DNA of 50,984 bases, filler included, from Trypethelium eluteriae (taxonomy: Eukaryota), in NCBI GenBank assembly GCA_051942245.1. It is 2 parts of 2 records of this genome, joined end to end, with 100 filler letters (N's around TTAATTAATTAA, not from the genome) between each part and the next. Parts side by side here need not be neighbours in the genome. Positions count along the whole stretch, not along the records: positions 25,561 to 50,984 come from JAVECL010000375.1; 1 more part is not named here. One strand, written 5' to 3'. The notes under the pieces were generated by a model. That model was not told the DNA's origin, made no database searches, and worked only from the letters and a program-made list of their open reading frames with translations. Made by a program: the position numbers and the translations under genes. Below, one piece after another: positions 36,929 to 48,395 of this stretch. The first letter of the stretch is position 1. Each line of letters opens with the position of its first letter.

Positions 36929-38461
36929 ATGAAATTTGGCAAAGAGTATCAAGATGCTCTTATCAAGGGTGAATTTCCTGCGCAATGGGTTCATTCGGCC
37001 ATCTCTTATGGACAATTGAAGAAATGCATCAAAAAGGTTCGCGAAGAACTCCAAGAAATAGGCCTCGATGCAGATACGCTTGCGCATCTGCTACGTGCCT
37101 GCAGCATCGACGAGGCGCAGGTAGCTCCGCATTCTGCTGAACAATCATTCCAATATCGCTTTTCGCCAGAAATACATGCCAAGACTACTCCCAGACAGGA
37201 TTCGAGCGAGGAATCTGACAGTCCTGAGATATTTCAAGGCTTCAGGCCGAAGCTTCTATTCGCAGTGGATGAAGAATCTGGAGAGCCTGTAGATGCATAT
37301 CTCTCGCCTGACACCAAAGAGTACCTTCACCAGCTTGCAGTGAGTCAGCGGCTTACTGATATTCGCATCACTGAGCTTCCAGGACCAAGCATTCCGGTCG
37401 AAGATGGACATGCCAGCCCCCAAAATGGAGCCGAACAGACAGCATCTCCACAGATCCGTATGGTTGAAGTTCCTCTCTCTTCGGACGGCATCTTCTTCAA
37501 GCGGCTCCGCGCAGAGCTCTCCGGCCTAGAACGTCTGCAAATGGAAGAGAAAGAGAGGCTTTCCGCTGATATCAGAACCATGGGTAAAACGCTTTCTAAA
37601 TCCACCGAGCCTGCCCGAACTCTTTCGACACATAAGTCAGACCTCTCAGTTTGGCGAGAAATTTTCCTACTATATATGGAATCTGAAATCTTTTTCTCTT
37701 CCCATGAATTAGATCATGGCTTTCGATCACCGAAGCAAGTACAAGACAAGCTTGAAAGCTTCTCTGCAGAATTGAAGCGTCGAGACATAGAGTCGAGGCT
37801 CAAAAGAAAAGACAGTAAAATTGCTCTGAACCAATTTTTGGCACTGAACTTAGACTTATTCAAGAATCTGCGGTTTCAAGATATTGAATACAAGGCCATG
37901 AGAAAGATCTTGAAGAGTAAGCAATATCGTCCCGGGTGCCAAGTATATCGCTTGCTAATTCTTGCAGAATTCGACAAACGTACTGCTCTCGGCATCTCTT
38001 CCAAACTCATACCCTCTATCTCTCCTTCAGTCCTATCTCAGGGCCTCGCGCGTACAATCTGTACAGAAGTTTCAAACGAGCTCGTAACCCTTGTTCCACA
38101 GGTTTCCGATTATCTCTGCCCTGTGTGCATGAGCCTCGCGTGGCGTCCCGTACGATTGAGCTGTCATCACGTCTTCTGTATCAGGTGTTTGATAGTGATG
38201 CAGCGAAACCACGACGACCATTGCCCAATGTGCAGAGAGCCAGTGGTGATGCAGGCGGACAGCGATAATATAGATGAGACTATGGCTAAGTTTTTGAAGA
38301 AATACTTCCCAGAGGAAGTAAAGGCGAAGCATGAAGACAATGTCAGGCAGGCTGGGATAGGTAAGATCGCTCTCATCCAAACAATCGCGAATCATCAAGC
38401 TAACTTGACAATAGATGAATATGGCGAAGAATTCTACAGTGATAAATGCGCCATCATGTAG
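36929..38461 (+). CDS. SPX-domain RING E3 ubiquitin ligase (Pqr1/NLA-like)
   Basis: MKFGK..ISYGQLKKCIK, KILKKFDKRT after removing intron 37917-37967, RING CPVC..CHHVFCIRC..CPMCR, second intron 38361-38414, ends in CAIM. Confidence 0.9.
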   Translation: MKFGKEYQDALIKGEFPAQWVHSAISYGQLKKCIKKVREELQEIGLDADTLAHLLRACSIDEAQVAPHSAEQSFQYRFSPEIHAKTTPRQDSSEESDSPEIFQGFRPKLLFAVDEESGEPVDAYLSPDTKEYLHQLAVSQRLTDIRITELPGPSIPVEDGHASPQNGAEQTASPQIRMVEVPLSSDGIFFKRLRAELSGLERLQMEEKERLSADIRTMGKTLSKSTEPARTLSTHKSDLSVWREIFLLYMESEIFFSSHELDHGFRSPKQVQDKLESFSAELKRRDIESRLKRKDSKIALNQFLALNLDLFKNLRFQDIEYKAMRKILKSKQYRPGCQVYRLLILAEFDKRTALGISSKLIPSISPSVLSQGLARTICTEVSNELVTLVPQVSDYLCPVCMSLAWRPVRLSCHHVFCIRCLIVMQRNHDDHCPMCREPVVMQADSDNIDETMAKFLKKYFPEEVKAKHEDNVRQAGIGKIALIQTIANHQANLTIDEYGEEFYSDKCAIM

Positions 38462-38617
38462 TCTATCATGCTCTTTTAATACCAGTTCATTGCCTATTTG
38501 CGGGAAAAGAGAATTGAATTAACCGATCTAAAGTCTCAACAATCGATATATACATGACTATGCTGCACACATTTGCTGATTCATCACATCATTTTGTCTC
38601 AGATCACTGGCATCAGT

Positions 38618-39946
38618 TCATGTCTCGACTTTGGCTCCTTGCAACGCACCTTCTTTGAACTCCTTCGCCATCTCCCCAAACGTCATCCACTCAATTCCCT
38701 CGTGCTTATTTATGTACTCAATAATCCTACAGAGCAGGCATCAGCAGAATTCTCGGACCCCTAAACTTGGATGCCCACCGTTCGTGCATCAAAATGACAT
38801 GCGGCTTCCCGCTCACCTGCGGATGGATTGACATTGGAAAAATGAACGTTTCATATTCTCGATACGCGTAATCGAACTGCTCTAGCCAGAGCCTCTCCAC
38901 CAAATGCGGGTCGACAAAACCGTGCTGACAGTTCATCATCATCAGCAATGCGAAGACGATCCAAATGAATACAGCGATACTAGCTTACACTCCCCGGCGT
39001 CCCCATATTCGGCTGTAGGGGTGGCCAATCATCCAAATGCCAGTTCGCCGGTATCTCAACCACGTTGCTAGGTCGGAGCGCGGTCATGGGAGCCATCCAC
39101 GATCTCGCGTCTTGCGCGTAATCCGTCTCGGTCCAATTATTGCCGGTCGGGGCCCAATACCTAAAGAGCGTACAGCCGATTCATTATTCTCGGTCCGTTC
39201 ACGATCAGAGAGGAAAGCAAAGGGGAAGGATAGAATGTGCAAATGCCAAAGATGCGTGCGGCGGTCGGAGAAAGGCTGTAGGAGTCCTTACGGCTGAACA
39301 TCATGATGCATGAACGAGTGATCATAGACAATCCCAAAGTCTTCGAGCATTGGGATCAGCTCGGGCGACGTCGACCATGCAGGCGCGGTGAAGCCGAGTG
39401 GTTTCTGACCAGTGAAGATGGTGAGAGTGTCGATGCTACGAGTGAGGACGTCGAGTTGTTGAGTGACGCTAAGGCGTGAAACGTATTCGTGAGTGTAGCC
39501 GTGTAGACCTCTGCATCGCGGGACAAGCAGGATCAATGAGGAGCTTTTCAATAGCGGAGGGGAGTCAGTGGGGAAGTTGGTTACATTTCGTGCCCAGCAT
39601 CTCGAATCTTAGCGATCTGTCTGGGAAATGATTCAAGCGTGTGCGCCGGGGTGAACCATGTCGCTTTGATGTTGTACTTTTCCCATAGCTTGAGAAGTCT
39701 GTCGATACCGACTGTCGCGCCATAGATGCCGCGGGAAACATTTGTGGGATTCTGAGATCGACCGTCTGTCGTATTGATCCTGATAATTTAGAACTCGGTC
39801 TGGGGGCGAGGACGCAATACAGATACATACCAATTTGCTACAGCATCAACATCGACTAATTCATTCGATCAGCTCGTATATCTAAAGAAAAATCATAGAC
39901 GCGATCACGTACTGCCATATCCCACGAGTACGCGTTTCTTACCCAT
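38618..39946 (-). CDS. Polysaccharide deacetylase (NodB/CE4, PuuE/PgdA-like); many introns
   Basis: MGKKRVLVGYG, GLHGYTHE, GFTAPAW, YDHSFMHHD, IPANWHLDDWPP, SIHPQVSGKP on successive exons. Confidence 0.88.
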
Positions 39947-40353
39947 CATGAGAGTAACTGGATTCGTCTCAAAATGCAGTGGGGTAGCAGATCCACCCCG
40001 CACGAAGCCAAATTGTACGCATAAAGGCCTTGCAGATGGAGGACATGGTGAAAAGCTCACCAGCATGTGACACAAGCTTATTCGATTAATCAAAGTATTA
40101 TGTACTTCCAAGGTGGTCAAATATTGGCCACTATCTCTCACGGGTGTTCAAAGCTGTAGATATTTGCAGCTCGCACATTCTGACCGCAGTGGGAAAAAAA
40201 AAGAGATGATGGATAGGGAGATGATCATAAACTATAAACAGAAGCCTCATAGAACCATCGAAGTCCTCATTTTCCCAGATGGTCAAGTAAACAAAAATTA
40301 CATTTTTAGATACCAAGAAATCATTGAACTGCAATTTCGAGAGAGCATTGAGT

Positions 40354-41823
40354 CTATATCTTTTGCTTCAAGACGAACCCCGTTTTTGCGATCCGAGCAG
40401 CCACAAGAAGACACCCACCACAAACCATGGTCGAGCCAGCCCACATTTGCGCATAAAGGTATTGTCCATCGTCGTCCTGAATCAGTGCGCCAGCCAACGG
40501 TGGACCCGTTAGACAGGCAAAACTCACGATAGTGAATCCCATCCCGAGTCTAACGCCAGTTTTAGTCAAATCGGTAGTCAAGCTTGTAAGCGTGGGTGGA
40601 AACAAGCTTTGGATACCGGCCGAGACCAGACCGTACGCACAAGCAAATGCATATACGCCTCCGCGACTATGAACACCGCTCCAGGCGAAGAATACGCAGC
40701 CTGTCAAGAAGCAGTAAGGAATGACCATATTAAGTGGACCAAAGGTTCGATCCGCAAAGAAGTTGGGTATCAAGCGAGCTGGAATACCAACTCCATTCAT
40801 GATGAGTAGTAGACTAATGGATTCTTCATAGGGAATGCCAATAATGTTGCGGCCGTAGGCTCCAACGTAATAGAACGCAAAGTAGAGCGACCAGAAGGCC
40901 AGGAATATGCCAAAGACAGAAAGAACATAAGTTGGCTCCCTGAATGCGCTCCACTCTACGAGGGGTCCGGATTTGCGGGGAGGAAGGCGGGTTCGCAATG
41001 TTGCTGTGTAAAGCGCACCAAGGACAAGCATGACAAGCCCCAAAACGCGTACTGTCCAGGCAAAACCGATTTGAGGAAGTAAAGAGCGAACAATTGCAGG
41101 AAACACCAAGCCACCAGTAGCACTTCCAGTAGCTGCCACACCCATGGCAAACGCTCTTTTCTTGCTGAAATAAGTAGAGACCAAAGACATGGTCGGACAA
41201 AACTGCAATCCGTTGGCAAGACCAGTGCAAACTCCTTGGGCAAGGAAAAGTTGCCAGTATTTCGTTGACAAAGATGTCATGAAGACTCCAATCAATTGAA
41301 TGATGAAGCCGGCAATGAAGACATGATGAAACAAGCCGCCATCAATAGCTCGACCTGAGAATGTTCCAATGAAGAACAACAAGAAGATTTGGACTGATCC
41401 TACCCAGGAGATGTCTGATGCTGGGTGTCCGAGAGTAGTCGTGTAGTACGTTTGGAAGACGCCAAAGCTTGCTATGTAACCCCAAGTATTGAATATGACT
41501 AGGTGTGCCATTATGGCTTGCGTCCAAGCCAGGACACCTCCATCGGGAGGAGGGCCAGGATCCTTCACAGAAGCTGTAGATTGTCCAGTCACCGCACGCC
41601 TCAGGGCTTCTCCGGGACCGACAGTGTTGTTGATGTCTTCCCGCAGCTCCTTCACTTCTTGCTGCAGGCTCCGAACAGGGTGCAGCCGATTTGAGGATTC
41701 GTCTTGGTCGTTGATGCTGTATTGGTTCTTTTCAGCGTAACTTGGAGTATCATGGCTACGCGTCGACTGAGAATCGGCCCTCTCGGGGACCAAGCTAGGT
41801 GGAAGGTAATGTGAAGATGTCAT
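40354..41823 (-). CDS. MFS monocarboxylate-porter-like transporter (Mch family)
   Basis: PPPDGGVLAW..NTWGYIASFGVFQ, STYFSKKRAFAMG, GVRLGMGF..LTGPPLAGAL. Intronless, about 12 hydrophobic segments. Confidence 0.92.
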   Translation of the reverse strand: MTSSHYLPPSLVPERADSQSTRSHDTPSYAEKNQYSINDQDESSNRLHPVRSLQQEVKELREDINNTVGPGEALRRAVTGQSTASVKDPGPPPDGGVLAWTQAIMAHLVIFNTWGYIASFGVFQTYYTTTLGHPASDISWVGSVQIFLLFFIGTFSGRAIDGGLFHHVFIAGFIIQLIGVFMTSLSTKYWQLFLAQGVCTGLANGLQFCPTMSLVSTYFSKKRAFAMGVAATGSATGGLVFPAIVRSLLPQIGFAWTVRVLGLVMLVLGALYTATLRTRLPPRKSGPLVEWSAFREPTYVLSVFGIFLAFWSLYFAFYYVGAYGRNIIGIPYEESISLLLIMNGVGIPARLIPNFFADRTFGPLNMVIPYCFLTGCVFFAWSGVHSRGGVYAFACAYGLVSAGIQSLFPPTLTSLTTDLTKTGVRLGMGFTIVSFACLTGPPLAGALIQDDDGQYLYAQMWAGSTMVCGGCLLVAARIAKTGFVLKQKI

Positions 41824-42637
41824 TTCAACAATTTGCTCATATAGCTGAATTGAATTGGCGTGCACCTATGGATCTCCCAATCTTGACATCAACGTTAGTA
41901 ACTGCCACAACGGACGCAAACGAGTTTTTGAAGATTTTGCATAGAAGTTGCAAGGAGATCTCGATGTAGTTCTGACAAAATCAATTACCTTGCCAACGTA
42001 GTCATTTGAAAAGAGATTCTAGTCCGAGAAAATTGTTGACACGCCGGCTCACGTTTGACTCATGTGGTCCGAACTCGGGGGAGCCTCTTCAGTAAATGGG
42101 CTGGTTTTCTTACACATGCAGCCATCTTACTGGGTTCGGGTAGGGCGTAGTAAATCCCTTGAGAAGCGAATTCTCGTCTCTACACCGTTATTCCCCTCGT
42201 CTCTCCTTTGCACTGAGTGCAATTGGACTTCGGGCAGCATTTGCGCGATATCCGGCCGTTTTACCCGTCCACGGCCAATGACATCTCATATTCGCGGAAT
42301 GGCACGCCCTAACATGGGCTTGTTCACATGCTTCGCCATGGGCAATTCAAGCCACCAAGCGTTCTGATTAGGAAATCAATGCATGGAAGATGAAGGTAAC
42401 ACCTAGGACCGGACCGAACCAAATGGTGTGGTGTCCATGGGTTATGGGGAGAAACGAGATGGGGTGGTAATTGCATTAGGTGGGTGTGGATTGATGTAGG
42501 CGGTGAAGACGCGCCAACGTCATCTTAAATTTCTGCCGAGCTCTTGTTACAGGACAACGCGACAACATTTCCATCAAGGCTGACGGGGAAAATTCTGCTA
42601 TGGGAGGAGGGAACCCATCACCTTTCGGAAGTCTACA

Positions 42638-43525
42638 ATGAATTCTGCGCCCTTTTTCTTTCCTCTAGTGGTAAGTTACTTGATGAAAGTCCGATATCGA
42701 ATCATGTGTATTCTTGAAAAACTCTCCTCAATCATCAAGACAAATTACTGACGGAGAATTCGCGCTTAGGGCTTCTACTACTTCCTTACACACCCGTTCC
42801 TCTATCCACTCCTACGTGCTCGCCTGCTCCCATGCTTCATTCTAAGCCTTTGTGTGCTCGTCACCTTATTCATCTGGACATACCTTCCCCAAGTCGCGCT
42901 CCTTGCCATCTTCCATGGCATCGCTGGCGCATGGATAAACGGTACATTCCTCGTGCTCGGTGAGGCGGCTGCCATCATTGCGCTACTCTTCGAAGCTTTC
43001 TTCGTGGATGAGACTCAAGTGGATATCTTTGATTCAGTCTTGGTGGAAAAGCAACATGAAGATCTTGTAAGAACTAGTCGTCCAGTGCTTGCAGTCGAGG
43101 TAGAAGCGGACCCACTAAGGAGGCTCGATAAGCCCATCAAGTCGGCTGTTTATGCTCCCTTCTCGTTCAGGCAGACTATCGAGTTCATTGCCTTCTTGCC
43201 ACTCAATTTGATCCCATGGGTCGGGGTGCCTCTCTTCTTATTCTTGACAGGCCGTCGGGCAGGACCTTTGCTACAGTGGCGATACTTTCAGTTGCGGGAA
43301 TTTGACAAAAAGGAGCGAAATGCATTCATCAAGCGCAACCGGGCGAGTTACACCGTCTTCGGTATGGTTGCGTTAGTGTTACAGCTGATCCCTGTCCTGA
43401 GCATGCTTTTCTTGCTTACGACTGCTGCCGGGTCTGCACTTTGGGCATCGCAATTCGAAGAGCAGGGGAAGCGTACTCCAGACACACGACATGATCAGCC
43501 ACAATACGCAGACGATCCTATCTGA
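42638..43525 (+). CDS. EI24/Rrt8-Lds family membrane protein
   Basis: Exon 42638-42670, intron 42671-42769, then GFYYFLTHPFLYP..TYLPQ..DIFDSVL..LPLNLIPWVG..RYFQL..AAGSALWA. Confidence 0.82.
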
Positions 43526-43565
43526 TAGATTACAGATACCATTTTCTTTCTCAGCCCAACCCTTC

Positions 43566-44379
43566 TCACTTATGCTTTTCCTGGTCCGCCTTCTGCCCTT
43601 GCATCACCCAATTACTATGATGCTTGGCATACTCTTCCTCTCCTTCCTGCGTCTTCACCGCTTCCTTCATTTCAAACTTATCTGGCACATTTACCCCTTT
43701 CTGCACGGCCGGCCTTTTATTTACCGTTTCCAACCAATTGGTTAAGTTTGGAAACCGTTCCGTCTCCACCCCGGCCCACTCTGCCCAGTTCACCCAACTA
43801 AAACATGCCAAATCCGCAATCGTAAACTTTCCCCCTACCAGCCAAAGCCCTTGGTCCTTCGCTTCCTGGGCCTGCAGCCGATCCTCCAGGACTTGATACA
43901 GCCTCTTCGTCTCCGTCTGATAGCGATTGATTGCATACTCGATCTTTGTCGGCGCATACCGGTAAAAGTGGTTTGCCTGTCCCTGCATGGGTCCGATTCC
44001 CGACTGAAGCCAGACGATCCACTCGACCATCTCCCAGTACTCAGACGAGTCATAGGCGAAGGAAATTCGATTTTCCAAATCGTAGCGTGCGGTGAGGTAC
44101 AACAAAATTGCACCACCCTCGAAGATACGCTTTGGCGTCTCGGATGTCTCGTCTACGATGGCAGGAATTCGTCCATTTGCTAGGAAGATTTAGTCTCCGG
44201 AGCAGGCGATAAGAAATCAGAGTCTAACGATTGATCTCTAAGAACCAAGGTTCTTTCTGGACATTTTTAGCGATATCGACCTTGTGTGATTCATAGTCAA
44301 TGCCGAGTTCTTCCAAGGTGCAGCTGATTTTTTGACCGTTGGGTGTACCCGCTGTGTATAGCTTTATCTTGGGAGTCAT
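43566..44379 (-). CDS. Glutathione S-transferase (Ure2/GstA/YfcG-like)
   Basis: MTPKIKLYTAGTPNG..LEELG..QKEPWFLEINPNGRIPA..FEGGAILLYL..GPMQGQANHF..TIADLA. Intron 44180-44228. Confidence 0.93.
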
Positions 44380-45193
44380 TTTGGACGTTTTCCGAAAGGA
44401 ATAGTATTATACGAGTGAAAGAGGAAGAAATTTAATCGCTAATCGAAAGGTAGGGATGCCTCGTTACTTCCTCTTATTTATTTATAAAAAGCATCAGTAT
44501 GATGTCAGACCCTTGAGGAAGCTTCAATTCTGCATGGGGTAGGTATCTGGAAACTACCTCGGAAGACTTTTGATTTTCATAAGAAGTTTGACATGCCAGG
44601 TCCCTAAGACCGCGCCAACATCAGGAGTGGTGGGTCGCTTCTCCGTATCTCATGGACATTGAGCATCCAGTTCTCATTCGAATGACCATAATTACAATAT
44701 TAGGCTTTCCCAAGACTGATCGCCGTTACGTCAGTCCAGCGTTCACAACCGCTGCGAGCGAATTACACACTGCGCTGAAGCGTAATTCCGTACCACGGGA
44801 GCACCTTCATCTTCAACCTTCGCAAATTCTACTCGTGCACTCATAAGTGATTGCCTGGTATTCTACAGAATACATTTCTTGGGCCCACCACTGCGAAGAC
44901 TACGAAAGAGACGAGTGAAGATAAGTTCATTAACTCATTGAGTGCTATTCCGTGACCATGTTACCTGGACATAGGATTCTATTTCGTCTTATCTTTTTTC
45001 CTTCCTCTCCTTCAAGCTGAAGAGGTCGGAATTTTTCCACTGAATGGCGGGCTAAATGTGACGAATGCGCCCGGAATGCAGGATATCAAAAGCGCTTTCA
45101 TGCTGATCCAAAGACGCAGCAAAACATATCATCTGCAGTACCAAGACCAACTAGTGACGAGACAGGAAACAATGACGCCGAAAAGAGTAAATT

Positions 45194-46868
45194 TTACAGC
45201 ATAGGTTGGATGTTATCAGCGACTTTGAATGGTGCTTCGGTCTTAGCCTTGATCTCGTCGACTGTGACCCCCTCAGCCAACTCGACTAAAGTCAATCCAT
45301 CGGTGAAATCGACGTCAAAAACGCACTTTGGACCGTCAGCAAAATTCATGCATCTTTAAATATATCAGGGAAAGGAATGTCACTTACTAGATCGGTGATA
45401 ATTCTTGATACACACGCCTTACCTGTCAAGGGGAACTCGCACTGCTTCAAAACTTTCGGCCTACCTTTCTTATCCGTATGTTCCATTGTGACCACGACTT
45501 TGGTCGCTTGCGGATTCGATACCAGATCCATTGCACCTCCGAACCCTTTGACCTTGCCTGGAAGCATCCAATTCGCAAGATCGCCTTTCGCGCTGACCTG
45601 CATGGCTCCCAAGATTGTAAGGTCGATGCGCCCAGATCTGATCATGCCAAAAGACTCATCAGACCCGAAGCATGCAGCACCGGGAAGGAGGGTGACAGTC
45701 TCTTTGCCAGCGTTGATAAGGTCAGGATCCTCTTGCCCTTTCTGAGGGTACGGTCCCAGGCCTAGGATGCCATTCTCGGACTGGAGTTGGACCTCGACAG
45801 ACGGATCCACGAAACTCGGCGCAAGCATGGGCATGCCAATACCGAGATTGGCATACATTCCGTTCTTGAACTCTTTCGCAGCGCGCTTTACGATTCTTTC
45901 TCGTTTGCTAGCTGAGTCGCCAGAACCCAAAGCGCTCATTGCATCGGCAGGATCCTTGGCATTAACGACCTTTTCGATATTCTTAGGCTCTGTGCTCTGA
46001 ATCACCTTCTTGACATAGATTCCCGGGAGATGCACAGCAATCGGTTCAATCTCGCCGGGCTCGACAATGTGTTCCGCTTCCACAATCGTCATCTTGGCAT
46101 TCCTCCCCATCGCCCCATTAAAATTCGCCGCCGCATACCGAAACACGCAGTTCCCCAACCGATCCGCCTTCCACGCCTTCACAAACGCATAGTCACCCCT
46201 GATCGCCCCCTCCATCACGTAGCTCTTCCCCTCAAACACCTTCACATCCCTCGGCTGCGAATACTGCTCGACCGTCCCATCCCTCGCATGCCTCAACGGC
46301 AACTCACCGGTCTGCACCACCGTCCCAAACGCCGCCGGCGTATAGAACGCCGGGATGCCCGCCCCACCCGCGCGACACCGCTCGGCCAGCGTCCCCTGCG
46401 GCGTCAGCTCCAGCTCGACCTCGCCCTTCAGATACATGCTCTCGAACAGCTTGTTCTCGCCGACGTAGCTCGCGATCATCTTGCCGATCTGCTTGCTCTC
46501 GAGCAGCAGGCCCAGCCCGGACCCGGGCACCCCGGCGTTGTTGGAGACCGCGGTGAGGTGTGTGAGGGAAGGCGTGGCGCGCACTTGGTTGATCAGCGTG
46601 TCGGGCACGCCGCAGAGGCCGAAGCCGCCGCAGAGGAGCGTGCTGTTGGGTTGCATGTCGGAGAGGGCGGCGGCAGCGGAGGGGACGACTTTGTCGATCG
46701 CATTGCGGGACTGGGTGGAGGAGAAGGTGCGGGCGAGGAGGGTTTTCTGGGAGTGGATGTCAATTTGGAGGTCTTGAGCTTTCTCAATTGCTCTGGGATT
46801 ACCTTAGAAGAGGCAGGCCGAGAAAAGTATGAGGCTGTTCGTAGGGAAATGCTTAAAGACGGAGGCAT
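45194..46868 (-). CDS. OXCT1: Succinyl-CoA:3-ketoacid CoA transferase (SCOT), mitochondrial
   Basis: Presequence-like N-terminus, [43 protein letters not shown]. Introns 46747-46802 and 45326-45387. Confidence 0.95.
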
Positions 46869-47296
46869 TGTGGTCTTACTGAACCAATAGCGGTAGTATA
46901 GGGACTTCAAAATCTTCTAATCTGCTTCTCAGGGAGAACAAAAGAAATGAAAGAGATTGTAGAGAAGAGACATCATGGGCAGATATTCCAAACCCTTGAA
47001 ATCTATGGTAGAGCTCTCGACGGCTAAGGCCGGCAATAAAGCGCGGCTTCGTTTCCGCGAGAGGTCGCAAGCTTTCAAACCCTGGTCCAACGCGGGGTGC
47101 AAGGTACGGAGTAAGCTTCGGAAATGCTAAGACAGCCCTTCGATTCATTCCTGACCCACCTAACCATCAGAGCCACATAGCCTGGCTTCCTAAACGCAAA
47201 GTCTTCGGTGCAATGGCTATGGCAGCTCCGAAATGTTTACATTGACACCTCGAAAGTCCAAGCAGAAGATCGGTGGATTCATTGAACAATATATGG

Positions 47297-48170
47297 CTAT
47301 CGCATTAGTCCACCAAGATCCTTTTCCATGCCAGAAACTCTATCTTCTAGGCCTTGCTTTTTACGCTCCAGCTCCTTAATTTCTTCTTCTTCTCTCTGCA
47401 TGTCTTCCACTGTGAACGCCGTAGTGTGCTCTATTCCTTCTTCGCCTCCACCTGCGTCTTCGTCAAAGCCGTCATCTTCAAATTCCGCCGGCCTATTCAT
47501 TCTATTCAGTTGCGCTGTCTGCTGCGCCACCTCTTCTTCATAGTATTCGATCGAAGATGCCAGTTGTTGATGTCGCCTTCTTAATGTTGCGATCTTCTCT
47601 GTTGCCCCGCTGATTGGACTGTACTCTCATCTTAGCAAGAACAAGTCTTTAGGGAAAATGTTCCATACTAAACGCCACAGAGCTTTTCCGCTCCTTCAAG
47701 CAGCAATTCAACGTCTACTTCCCCTTTATTTCTAGAATCAGCGGGTCTTGGTCCTAGCCCTGTCCCTACTCCCCCACCCCCTCCCCTTCGCAGGCGTTCT
47801 ACCATATCACCACCTAGCACTGCGGCTACAGCCGTGTTCCTCCTCGGTGCCCTCGAAGCGCTAGGTGTTTGGCTGCCTCCAAAAGCTGTTTGTCTTCGTC
47901 CAGAGGGATCTTGAGCTTTAGGTGTAGGGGCAGGAGGAGGCATAGTGAAAAGAGCCCGTTCGTGGACTTCGGTATCTCGAATTAGAGCGGTAATGTCATG
48001 AGGGTGCAGGAGAGCATTCGTGAAAATCTTCGGCTGTGGAAATCTAGACGAGTTATGGATTCAACCTTGTGTCTCCATTGTTTTCATCCCTTCTGTTGTA
48101 CATACGGAAGCTCTGCAATTGAGGCGGCGCATAACGATATTTGCTCAAGATGAGCATTGAGAAGTGACAT
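47297..48170 (-). CDS. SPC34: DASH complex subunit Spc34
   Basis: MSLLNAHLEQISLCAASIAELP|FPQPKIFTNALLHPHDITALIRDTEVHERALF..LLEGAEKLCGVY|P. Introns 48044-48105 and 47619-47668. Confidence 0.92.
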
Positions 48171-48395
48171 AGAAGCCATGTCAAGTTGGAATTCGACAGT
48201 GAGCAACTCTGGAAAAGGTGGTTGAAGACTTAGGCCAACTGCGCAAGTCGTATGCTTGTAATTCCAAGCGCGTCATTCTGCCGGCCTCCACCGCCTCAAG
48301 CTGGCCTTCACGCTGTGATGCTGAAGCAGAGCTCACCCTGACGTACGAAACAAATCCAAGCAGATCAACTTCTACTACTCCTATATTTTGCAAGC

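Noticed and set aside
42680..42751. Box C/D-like TGATGA...CTGA in an intron
   Set aside because: The CTGA is the branch site, and the C-like box is sequestered in a CTTGATGA/TCATCAAG stem.
46030..46890. 286-aa antisense ORF and GC-rich 5' half of SCOT
   Set aside because: A shadow of GC-biased codon usage in a conserved gene. Similar local skews occur in RPL10 and at the window ends, so there is no case for transfer.
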